From Octopus bimaculoides (taxonomy: Eukaryota), in assembly GCF_001194135.2 (NCBI RefSeq), contig NC_068981.1, positions 152,895,068 to 152,959,067 of the forward strand: DNA of 64,000 nucleotides, in the 5' to 3' direction. The notes below the pieces were generated by a model. That model was not told the origin of the DNA. It made no database searches and saw only the letters and a program-made list of their open reading frames with translations. The position numbers were made by a program, and so were the translations under genes. Position 1 is the stretch's first letter. The number at the start of each line of letters is the position of its first letter. Shown here one piece after another: positions 1-13,094 of this stretch.

Positions 1-439
1 GCGGTCCATGTCCTTTACCTCCGCCCACATGTGTACCCCATCGACTTTATTTCCTCATTACTTTAAAAAAAAATGGATATTTGTTAATGAAGATTTCTAC
101 AGATACTTTTCAGATAGTGTAGATTACGATTATATTGAAATTCGTTATGAAAATTTTCCTTGTTGGGTGGGTAGAGGAGTTTCGAAAAATTCACACGATT
201 CGGCTTTGTTTCCTCATAACTTGCGGAAAATTGGGTATTTTTTAACCAAATTTTCTATAAATAACTTTTAAATGTTGTATATTAGGATTACATCGGAATT
301 TAATATTGATAATGAAATTATAGGCACGCACACATATACACTAAGACATCACAATTTCTTCAAACTTCTAAGTTTCATTTTGTAGATTTGACGGGTGTCA
401 CTATAAATGTGTGCGACTAGCAACTTTAAAAAAAATTTT

Positions 440-1157
440 TTTTTTTTCATGTGTAGAAAATTTCATTAAAAAAATTATCTAGTTCTCTGAAAGCTACGAG
501 GAAATAAAATCGGAGGTAGGGTACAATTGTGGCAGTATGTCGTATTTCACACGCAAAGGAATCAGCTAAATTATTTTTCATTTTGAAAATGTTTCTAATT
601 CGGGATTTAAACTCCAGGATACTGGTAAGAGCGACGCTGTGATTTGAACTCACGCCATTAAATTCATAAGCTGATATTTTATTCACGGTTACTGCGATTC
701 TAAGTTCAAAAAGTCAATCATAAAAATGCAATCATAAAAACCTGTATTCTCTGATAATCCAACAAGTATAAATTGAAACTCGGAAAGAAAAAACTTTTCT
801 GTACCCAAGACGACCGTTAAGTTTACATCATGTTTGTTTATATTTTTAAACAAGATCGTCGTTTTATCCCCGGAGTTGCATTTTACTGAAAGTAATCAAA
901 ATAAAATTCGGAACATAATATTCATCTAAATATAAAAATATTCCAAAACGAATATTTAAATTGTATATTTTTTGTTTAAACGTTATGTGATTTAAATTAT
1001 ATGTAATTCTATAATACGAAGCTATGACTTGAAATAAACTATATTAAAGCGCCAGTTTACGAACTAAAAATGGCAAGTTGCGACAGGTTGTTGGTAATGT
1101 TGCTATGACTAAAATAATCAACTGAAATTTGTGATTTGTCGATTATATTCTGTAAAT
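440..1157 (+). promoter_or_regulatory. putative TBC1D31 promoter / 5' UTR region
   Basis: CpG retained relative to the CpG-depleted gene body; directly upstream of the ATG. Confidence 0.4.
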
Positions 1158-1234
1158 ATGCAATATTTGGATGTTTGCAGAAAGTGCGATGGGCGAATAT
1201 GGCACAGAAAACCTTCACCATCAAATCAAGATGG
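1158..1234 (+). CDS. TBC1D31: TBC1D31 exon 1 ([26 protein letters not shown])
   Basis: ATG 1158; donor GG|GTAATT; matches human [26 protein letters not shown]. Confidence 0.9.
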
Positions 1235-4200
1235 GTAATTTAAATATTTTTCCTTTCTCTGTTTCCGTTAATTAAGTTCTGCTAGGTGACATTTTAATGT
1301 AAGCCTTGACCTAATCGTTGAAATATCCTATCAGTATATTTCTAGTTATAAATGGATCCTTTTCAACTGAATCTTAGACTATGCAATGGAAATAGAAGTA
1401 TAGGATATATAATTATTTAGTGATCGCAAGGCTTCTGATTTTATAAGAGGTGTGACATAAGTAACATAAACTGAAGTTGTTTACTATTCAGGTTCGAAGT
1501 TGATTCATGGTCTATATATTTATTATCTGGGATTTATATTCTGTCTTTCTTTAATATTAATTTTTTTATAAGACCATCAGACTTCAGATTTTATGTGACT
1601 AGAGAAAGTTGTGATCTTTATGTCTTACCCTATACAATTTTGTGTGAGTAAAATTATATGATTTCTGTTCAGAGTCGAAACCGAGTGGAAATTCTCTCAA
1701 AACATATTTCTTTCACTACAAAACATTTCTTCAATCTCAAGTATTCTTAACATTGATAATTTAATCCGTAATATTTTCGTTAAACACCACACTTAACTCT
1801 ATTATTTCTAACGATTAAAACACTGGAAATTATCATACCCAACATTTAACATTTATTAGTGGGTCACCCTTCAAATTATGGTCTTTAGACTCACGAGAAA
1901 ATACAAACAAGCCAAAATAACAGAAGAATAAAATACCGAGCACGAGCCAAGTTTCAAGTATTGCATATGCAATCATTTCTCTTTAATTTTCAAATAATTA
2001 TTTATGAAGTTTAGTATTGTTTGATCAAGTGCATAACTGATTCCACAGGAATCTCTGCTATACTGGATTAAAGAATACTACTCTTGTTAAATATATATCT
2101 GTAGTAATTGCATATTTTATTCTTAAAAATAAAAATCATTGTTAAATATACATATCTGAAGCATTATCCTTTGTTTCTTCTGAAAATTTAATGACATTTG
2201 TGATTGTTGTATTCTATTGCTCTGGTTTCTATATTACTTTTAGGGTTAACGGCCATAATATGAAGGGTCACTGATTAATGATTATATGGCAATGAAATCT
2301 CATTAACAGCATACAGAAAATAGCTATTACATAATTAAATAGCAATTCATCAACAATTTTTGTCGTATGATGCAATTCTTCGGATTCCTTCACATTCCGC
2401 GAATAATCGAAACACTGTTTTTACCATACAATGATAGCCAATAATTGAAGCTGTTTAACAACTCATTAGACCAGTGACCAATAGCTTTTTTTCAGACGAG
2501 GTTATCTCGGGCTACATAACTCAATATGTCCTTCCATTTTTGGAAAACAGTAGGGTGTGATTTCAGAAAAATCGAGCTGCTGTTTTTTAACAGCTCTCAT
2601 TGTCTGGAGGCGTTGGGTAAAGAGACACTATTGACAAGAATGACGCACAGATAGGATCCCGAAATCCAGCTTTCAGTAACACAACATTACTCCTAATTCT
2701 AAAATTTCTAACTGCCACAAAACCGTATGTATGTGTATATGTGGGTGGGGTGAGGGATGAGTTAATTAGATCAGTTTCGGTACTTGACTGGTACTTATTT
2801 TATCACTCCCAAAAGTATCAAAAGCAAAGTTGACTGCAGAGGAATTTGAGCTCAGAACGTAAAAAGCTGTAACTAAATGTTGTAAGGTATTTTATTGCAC
2901 ATCATAAAATTTTCTTGCTCTGCCTTTCGGTATAATATGTAACAGTGGTGTTGTTGTTTAACCCCAGGTCAACTCTGGTCAGAGTTTTCTCAGAGAGCAG
3001 ACATATTGTATTTTGAGATTGAGTGACTACCAAGAAATACATGGCACACTATACAAGCAGGCTTGACCATTGTCTCTTCCAAGGCATGAAACTAATAGCT
3101 GCTTGAATTTAAATCTTGTTTCTTGAATGGTGTTATACACACACACACATTATCATCATCATCCTTTTGACATCTGCTTTTCCACCTTTGACCAGGTAGT
3201 TTTTTCTGTAACCAATCCTCATCTGTTATCAAGATAGTAATATTTCTCTATACCCTGACATGTTTGTGTGAAACACTGGAAATGAGTGACACCACTTGTA
3301 TGGCAATGACACATTTACAACTATTATGCAGTGTGAAGACAAGGAGCCACAAACACATGCACGTGCGTTATACATACATACATATGTGAATACAGTCGCA
3401 AAGCCCAGTTATAGGAGAGAACACTTTCCCTAGTTGCAGGAGGAAACAGAGAATGAAACCATGTTGGTGGGAAGCAAGCTTCTTAACCACAACCATGCTT
3501 GCATGTGTGTGTGCATATAATACTAAGAATATATATGCATGTATACACACATATATGTATATACTTACATCTACATGTGTATATAGATGCATATCAGGGT
3601 ACAGGACGTTAGAACAATGAACTACAGACAACGGAACGAACACATAGGAAAACAGAAAGCCACTTGGAATTATTCATTAGCTGCCTCTATTCTAACTAGA
3701 CGTTTCGAAGATAATATATATATAAAAGTGAAGAATTGAGTATTAATTTAATTAATATTAATTTAAAACCAGTGGCCTAGCATATTGAAAAATCTGAAGA
3801 TTCAGAAAAATTATATTACATACATATAAGAGGGATGACTACTAAGTGGACATCCATTATGCTAGAAGTAGACCACCTATGGTCTGACCACTAAGAGGAG
3901 ATTGTTCTCAAGAAAATTCAGCAAACACCAGAACGTAAGCGAGCAAGACAAATGAAAAGATATAAAATATAAAGATTAATCACAGACCGGTTTCATTGTT
4001 ACCACTTACGTAATTGTCCGCAACTCTTCAATGTGATCGTCATAGCAATATAATTTGCAGAACTATGCGAGAGACGTCCGCATGAGATTGAACACACACA
4101 CACACACACACACATATATAGATTCAGGTGAATATGGTACTTAAGTTGAGGCACCAGAATTTAGTGTGGTATTATCCATACAATTTCAAAGTAAGGTGAT

Positions 4201-7200
4201 AAGGTGATTAAAATCAAAATAAGTAACAAGGATATCCAGAGGTAATGCAGTACAATCGTTTCATGCAACTTCATTTAATTGAACATTGTAATCATTACAT
4301 CAATTTAAAATGCAAAGCAATCTTCAGCTGCACAATGACATAGAATTTAATTAAATTAGAACAGATGGACATATTAGTATAATTATACCTAAAATCTCCA
4401 AGAAGTTAAGGAGATAGACAAAGAACATGTTGCCTCTACTACAACATAGAAGTTAATAAATAAATTGTCAAGAAAACTCTGCCTGTCACTGATTTTATTT
4501 GTTTTTATGGGGTCAGTTTTAATTTATAGACTAGTTTATCATAAACCTTGTATATCTAAGGCTGAGAGAATAAAGGGCATCATCTGTTAGGGGTAGGACT
4601 GAGAGAGCAGACAGAAATCATAGTTGGTATAGTCATAAAAATCATGAGATTTGGTAAAGGAAATCTTAAAACAAGATGTTGACTGACAACTAAGTGGGGT
4701 CGCCCACTAGCAAACCATTGATAATGAAACAGGGGAAGTCTTATCATGTAGTACTATAGTTAAATGTTTTAAAACAATGTTGCTATATTGTATACAGATA
4801 AAGTTTATGGCTATTCAGAGGGTTATTAAGAAGAATATATTAACAAAAGAATAGAAATTTATGGATACTTTTGAGTATATACCAAACTTTTACCACAATA
4901 GCGGGAGGAAAAGAAATTATTCAGAAATAGTTTAATATTTATACATATTGTACACTCAGCCTATATAAGGTAATACTCAACAACTTAAAATAGTTCAATT
5001 TAATTAAATCAGTATACAATTAACATGTTTTTTAACCTTGGTTGGTCCATTATTAGGTACCAGGTAAATCCAATTGATCAATCTTTATAGAAACCATATA
5101 ATAAGTTAATATTTAGATAGGTAATAAGTAAATAAATATTAAACTATTTTCTTTGCAACTTTCTTTTCCTCCCTCTATTGTGGTAAAAAAATTTTGGTAT
5201 ATACTCATAATATTCATAGAAGTTTTATCCTTTTGTTAAAATTTCATTCTTAATAATCTTCTTGATTACCCTGAATTTTAACTTTGTACAATAAGACAAT
5301 ATTGTTTGAAATTATCTTTAGAGACTACTTGATTTATATATATATATATATAGCTGCAGATATACACATCATTATTATTATTGTTATAATCATAATGCAA
5401 ACAAGTGACAACAGGTGGCCTGAAAGGGTGGTATGTGACCACAAAACCTAGAGTAACCCTGACACCAAATTGCTGCCATATGTAATCATTACTCTACAAT
5501 TGTAGTGAGTGCTATCATTTCATAGGTGTGGCTGTGTGGTAAGAAGCTGGTTTCCCAACCACATCGTTCCGGGTTCCATCCCACTGCATGACACCTTTGG
5601 CAAGTGTCTTCTGCTATAACCTTGGGCCAACCGAAGCCTTGTCAATGGATTTGGCAGAAGGAAACTGAAAAAAGCCACGCGAAGGACAGAAAGACCGATT
5701 TTATGACACCCTCTTGCAGACTGCCTCGTTGACGAATGACAGGGACCTTCTCTTTGTTGCTGGTGACTTCAATGGACATGTTGGACAACATACAGGGGGC
5801 TTTCATGGCGTACATGGAAGCTATAGTTTTGGTTCCCGCAATGAGGAGGGAACCAGGCTGCTGGAGTTCTGCAATGCAAATGACCTTATGGTTTGCAATA
5901 CTATCGTCAGGAAACCTGCCAGTCACCTACCATTCTGGCAGACACACTAGCCAAATTGACTACATCCTCGCCAGAAAAAGGGAAAGATGGCTGCTTGTAA
6001 ATGCCAAAACCTTCCCAAGTGAAGAATGTACCCCACAACATAGACTAGTAGTTAGTGACTTCAGGATCAGAGCTAAGTGGTTGCCCAGAAAATGACCAGC
6101 ATGGAGGAGAAGGGTCTGGAAGCTTAAAGATCCTGTGAATAAACAGAGATTTAGAGACATATTACTCGAAACCTTTGACGAAATAGAAGAGGATATAGCT
6201 TCACATGATGTAGAAGACAACTGGAGGTTTCTATGAGACAGCCTGCTGAGGGCCACTGACCAGATCTGTGGATGGTGCAAAGTTCCCTCTCAACCCAAAA
6301 TAACGTGGTGGGGGAACAATGTTGTTGACAGGACTATTAGAGAAAAGAAACAGGGTTGGAAGGACTGGAAGAACGGTGGTAGCAGGGAATTGTATCAGAC
6401 GGCCAGAAGGGTAGCTAAGAGACAGGTTTATTTAGCCAGAGGGAAAGGAGATAAGAAAAAATTTACCAATGTTTTGCGCCGTGAGGACCAAAGACTTGAG
6501 GTATTTCGTGTTGCAAGACAGTGTGTAAGAGAGAATCGTGATGTCATAGGAGAGAAATGTGTCTGCATGGATGATGGTTCACTTGCACTAAATGTGGCTG
6601 CAAAGAGAGAGACCTGGGATGAGGTGGTGAAGCACGACCTTCGAACATTAGTCCTCACCGAGGCAATGATTAGTGACCGAGACCTTTGGAAATATGCTGT
6701 GCATGACAAGACCCAGTAAGACAATAAGCCGTGGCCTTTGCCAGTGGTGTAGCCAGCCCACTTATGCGTACCTTTCCTTCATTGGACACTAAACTATATT
6801 GCTTATTTATTCATATTGTTTTGAATCATTCATGCATTACCTTGTTGCTCTGAGAGTTTGATGATGTGATTGCTTGTTCTTAGAATAACATTGTAGTGTA
6901 GGTGTGACATGCCAGATCTGGCCTGTTTGAACATTAAGCAGGTAGAATATTTGGGTTGGATATGGCCAGTTTAAATGCTAAAGGGTTAAAACATATCTTA
7001 ACAAAATTCCTATATAAAACTTTAATAGAAAGATTTAAATTAAATATGACCAAGAATTTATGTATCTTAGAAATGGACAGCCACAGGTGGGGTGATATCA
7101 GAAAGATTAAACTTTTTAATATTGCGCTGTTATTAACTGAAGTCACACACGTTTGTACTTCATGTCTCTATGTTTCTCTCATTTCTAATATTGCAGAATA

Positions 7201-7382
7201 ATTATTCAAGTATGTCACAGTGTTTTAGATTGCTCAGTCACTTATCCTTCTCGGACAATCCGTTTCCTCTATGCATCTTTTGACCGTACTGGAGAACAGT
7301 TTATTGCTGCTGACCATCATGGAAATATTTTTGCTTTCAACTTAAATACAAACTGGTGAGATATTTTTCTTTTTTTTTTTTC

Positions 7383-7421
<39 letters not shown>

Positions 7422-10400
7422 CCCATCCAACCCATGCCAACATAGAGAACAGATGTTTAAAAAATGGTGATGGTATATATTAATGTTTTTTTTTTATGTC
7501 AAGTTACATATAAAAACAATTAACATTAAACTAAAGGATTACACAATACTTTTGTGTAGAGTACATGTTTATTAAACTTTTGCTAAAAGAGGAGTGACAT
7601 TAACTTGAGTGTCAGTCTGCTGGCCTTCGTTTGATTGTGTGTGTGTGTTTATAATTAATTCATTTTAGGAATTGTGACTAATTAATTTTAAAAGGGTTTT
7701 CTGTAATTAACAATTTTCCTTTTTACTATATAAATTAGTAAAATTTATTCAAAACATGCACACTGTAAAAACAGCAATAACAAAATAAAACAAAGACACT
7801 CCCTACTCTCTGTTAAATAACTTGTCAACGTCCTACAGATAAGATGACAAACCACTTCATCAGTTGCTTTATCTCATGGGGTTCTTTTCTAAAGCATGAT
7901 GTTTTCATCCCAATTTGATGGAATAAAATGGCAGTCGAAAGATTGAGAACTCTCAAAGTCTTTCCATCTATTGGTGCCAAAAAAGATTCTATCCATTAAT
8001 CACTGATATTCAGTTATCTTCTGCTCCTCTGCTTTGTTTAGTGCAGCTCCTGGATTAATAGCTGGTGTGACAAGGTTAGCACTGGAGAATATATCATAAC
8101 CTATGGTATCCCAGAGAACAAATACACCTCTTCCCTTTAAAGGGAAAGTGTATCCTCTTTAGATGCCTACCATTCAAGTGTTTGAGGTGAACAGGCTCCT
8201 GTTATGATGGGAAACTGACAGCATTGCGGCACCTTTTAATATCAATTTCAAATTTTGGCACAAGGCCAGTAAGTTTGGGGCCTAGGGCAAGTCAATTACA
8301 TTGATTCCAGTGCTCAACTGGTACTTATTTTATCAATGCCGAAATGATGAAAGGTAAATTCGACCTTGGCAGAACTTGAACTCAGAATGTAAGGACAGAC
8401 AAACTGCTGAAAATAATGCTAAGCATTTTACCTGGCATGCTAATGACTCTGCCAGCTCACCACCTTAAGGTACCTTTTAATATCATTCAATGCAGTATGG
8501 TGGAGTAAAGACAGCAGACACAGTCCAAACTTGTTGACAGTCTCCACACCATCATTTATATGGCTTACCATGCATAGTCTGCAGTGCAGGCCAACTTTGA
8601 TACACATGGACTCATTGCCATGAAAGAAGTCGGTTAATGAAAGGTATGTTACATTGAGCTACACACCACTACTTGGTTGCAAAACTGTTCTGAGGCAAGT
8701 GAAGCTGTGTTAGTCAAAGGTTGAGTGAATTTTCATACAAGTGGAATTATATTTAATATTGCATTGTTTGGCTGTACCCTAGGGTATGTTGACCTCATCA
8801 TGAATCAGATAGCTTGCACTGTCTCATACTCAGAGTCTTACATAAGGCTACAAAAATCTCATGGATAAGTGCACAGTTGGAGGTGACAGAGGAAAACGGA
8901 TCAGTAATATGCAGTGGGTTGTTGAACTAAAAAGTAGCTGAACTTCACAGGAAATTTCTCTTGCTGTCTTCAGTGTTGTCAAAAGTGATATTGCATGAAA
9001 ATTCTGCACAGAAACAAATGATGGCATTGAGTTTCTTGGGATATTCTGAATGGAGATAGCACAGTATGCTGCACAGTTGAATTTAGGAAGAGCAAAACAG
9101 TTCTTTAACAGAAAGAGGACTTGGTGAGAATCAGTCAGATGCTCTCTATTAGTTACTGTTGTGGGTTCTTTTGTTTGACTTCCAGGTATCTTTGGATGGT
9201 TTTTGAAAGAATCGGTGAGCCAAGAATATAGGTATTGTCTTTGGGGCCAGTTGTATATCAGTCAGGACAGATCAAATGCTACACATGTTGTCCTCAGATT
9301 TGACTTTCCTTGTAATTCACATTTGTTGTTTCTAACTTGGAGCAGGCATGGCTTATGGTTAAAAAGTTTTCTTTGCTTCCATGTGGTTTCAGGTTCAATA
9401 TCACTGTGTGACACCTTATATAAATTTCTCCTATTGTCCAAGGTCAGCCAATACCTGTGAAGTGGAATTTGATGAACAGAGAATATGGAAGCTATTTATA
9501 TGTCAATATATGTACCTCAACACATCTTCATGTTGATTCCTCTCGGGCAGTGGTGATGCTTGTTTATGACTTGCTGCTCATCTGTTCAGTGTCCATAGAT
9601 CAGTAAAGTAAAAAGGACTTTAATTATAAAAAAAAGTAAGAATCGACATCAGAGAAGGGCATCCAGCCGTAATACTGCCTCGACAAGTCTCACCCATCCA
9701 GTGTCACACCATCCAGGAGCCAGATATTGAACAGGGAACTAACAGAGCAAGTAATATTGTCAACAACTAAAGTAAAGAGTAGTCAGTGTGGGTCACCTTG
9801 CTGAACACCAGCCCTAGGACATTATGATGCTGCCAACAATACTGAGCATACTGGATTTCCTGTAAGAAAGAAATTAACATTGGTATGAAGTCAATTGTAC
9901 AAAATAGGATCCATCCTTTTATTATGATAAATCATGTAATTATAATAAAAATATCCTAAATATTTAGAGTTGAATTAAAGTAAGTCACTTCCTGAAATTC
10001 TAAATTTGTCCACCTTCACCATCCATAGAATGTTCAGTTTCCAAGCTGGTATAGATTGAGCAGCCTTCATGATCCAAGTCAGATCTTATTTGGAGTTACT
10101 GCTTCCCCCAGACAGGTTGGAGGACCACATTTCACTCATTTGTTTCATTTTGGCATGATTTCTATGGCTACAAGCCATTCCTAACACCAACCACTTTACA
10201 TAGTATACTGGATTCTTAATTGTGGTGTTGATTCTAGAAAGGTTGTCATGTTCTCAGCAAAACTAAAGAGTCCTCCTTTAACTTTCATTGTCTTTATTTG
10301 CCAACCACTTTATAGAATTTATTGGGTGCATTTTATTATAACACCAGCACTAGAGAGTTTGCCTTGTCCATTGCATTATTAAAGAGCCCCAAACATGGAC

Positions 10401-12702
10401 AACAGAGTGAATAGAAAAGTAACTGATTGCCAGGAGCTTGGCAGAAGAGAAAGTGAGTATGCGAGTGATGACAGGAAACAAAGAGATTTTTAAAAGAAGA
10501 AATGATGGATATGTTATCTAGGTGACTAAATGTTTGTTTGTAAAGGAGATTACATAGTAAAACAGCATGATGAGAGAAGAAAAACTGATAGGACGAAGCA
10601 GGATGATGAGAGGAGAGACAATGGAAATGAGTGAGAGGACTGTGTATCAACAAATAGTGATAGAGGAAGATGATAGTGTGAGAGAGAGCAAGTAGAGAGT
10701 TGAAAGATAATAATAAGTGTCAAGATTGGTCAATCGATGGATAGCAGTAGAGATGCGTGATGGTAACAGAAGTTGCAGTTATTGAAAAATGATAAGAAGA
10801 AGCAGTAAAGAAGAGTTGTTGGGATTCATGACAGATCTGATGTCATCCTTCATTACGCAGACTTAATGACAGAAGAGAGATAGAGTGACCACTATCATTT
10901 TAAGGACCATTTTGCCATGCTGGCATTTGTGGACAGGTCCTCTCCAGCACTATGAGTAGCCACTTGGCATGAATGCTGGTTCTGTCCACTTCAAACACTC
11001 AGCACTTCTTTATAGCAGCTGTCATCCTCCACATACATCACGCCTGTTGCAGTGCAGCCTTCTTTCTCAGCTCACTTGTCTTTCACTATTCATGCCCACA
11101 TTATATACCCAGTGGGGCATGCTCTTTCTAGCTATTTTTGATCAATTTACATAAGAATAAGCAAATTAGCTAGTTAGCAAATCTCTATAAGAGATGAAAG
11201 TAGACTATACTGAGAAGTAATGTTTATCGCCATGTCAACATGGCTGTCCCACAGGAACCAACATTACTACTGTTTTTAACCCCAGGAGAATGCCTCCTCC
11301 AGCTGGTTATTGATACAATCAGATTGCATCGATAACAAGCTGGAGGAAGCATTCTCCTGGGGTTAAAAACAGTAGTAACATCGGTTCCAATGGAGCAGAC
11401 ATGTCGAAGTAACAATAAACATTACTTAACATAAAATATTTCTGCATTTGTTTTTGTGTTACATGCAGCAAAGATAGGGGTAGCACACATCTTATGGTGT
11501 GTTGCTACTGGGATGCAAGCCAGGATGTCATTGACCTCAGCTGGCTCAACTAAGCTAAGGGATCTGATGCTGAAAGACCCCAAATTCCTTATAAGCCCAG
11601 AAACATCACTGTTGAAGTGTTCCAGAGTATCTGTGAGTTGTATCTTGAAACCTTAGTGCTACATTTTCTTAGAAATTTTATTTTATGTTTTATTACTAAC
11701 TAAATATAAGAAATTTAAATATTCTTGAATGCTTTGCCATATCAGATTAAGAGAAAAGGAATTAAACTAGTAAAATTAAATATAATGTTCTTGAACCCAA
11801 ATTACTAAATTGGCATGCTGCAAAGATAATTATCTTCAAATAGAATTTCACATTCCAGTATAGACATTCCATATAAGATAACTACTTATTGAATTTATAT
11901 AGACAGACCAAACTGTAATTAAACAATTGCACTTTACATTCCAATTAAAGCCATCTAAAAATATAAAGTTAGTTATATCAAAGAATTTAAGAAATGATTG
12001 TGTAAACAACAGCTTCCAAAAAACAGCTGTGAACTTTTCTCTGTCACATATTTGTGCTTATTAACAAGTGATCCTGTAAGTGAAAGTCAGTATGAGTCTA
12101 ATAATTGAAAAATTTAAACAGTTAAATGTTTTATCAACTAATCCATTAGACATGTGGCAATTTTTCCTGCCTGTTGCATAAGAATTACTGACAATGACGA
12201 CAATGATATGTGTATGTATCAACTTGTAAAAATAAATATTGTTCTCATGAGCCCCTATTACAAAGGCAGGTATCCTGCAAAAGTAATTGTTGTGGTTGCC
12301 AGTCTCCCTTCTTATCTCATGAAGGGAATGTCCCCCAGTGCAAGTTGTATGTAAAATAATATAATAGTATATATATATATATATGTGTGTGTGTGTAAAT
12401 ATATGTATGTGTGTATTGGGACTGGCCAGATTGGAGCAATATCGAGTATAACCAGCCGAAATTTCAAAGATAATCTGGATCTCGACGGTTGAAAGAAAAC
12501 TCCGAATGACTTGTCCTTGTTTCCTTGTATCATCTATTTGGATGTTTTGTTGTCCCTTTCTTGTATCACCTAACTGTCTGGATGTTTTGCATTGTTGTCC
12601 CATTTTTTACTATTTATATATATATATTTATATATGTATATATATGTATATGTATGTATATATGTATATGTATATATATGTATATATATATGTATATCTG
12701 TA

Positions 12703-12765
<63 letters not shown>

Positions 12766-13049
12766 ATATATATATATAAATGCATGTGTATATATATATG
12801 TGTATATATATGCATGTATATATGTGTGTGCATATATGTGTATATATATTGTATATATATATGTGTGTGTATTTTTGGCATGATAGATCGCTAGCTACTA
12901 CACACATCTTTTCTTGTCTCCTCGTTTCTTTCTGTGTAAGAGTGTAGCCTCGAAACATTAAAGACTTTTTCAATTCCCGAGCATTATATTAATACATCTG
13001 TTTGTTTTTTACACCACCTATCTTTGTCTTTTGTTTTTTTGTGAATTCT

Positions 13050-13094
<45 letters not shown>

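Noticed and set aside
447-686. 79-aa minus-strand ORF as a divergent gene
   Set aside because: Non-ATG start, no recognisable domain or splice pattern.
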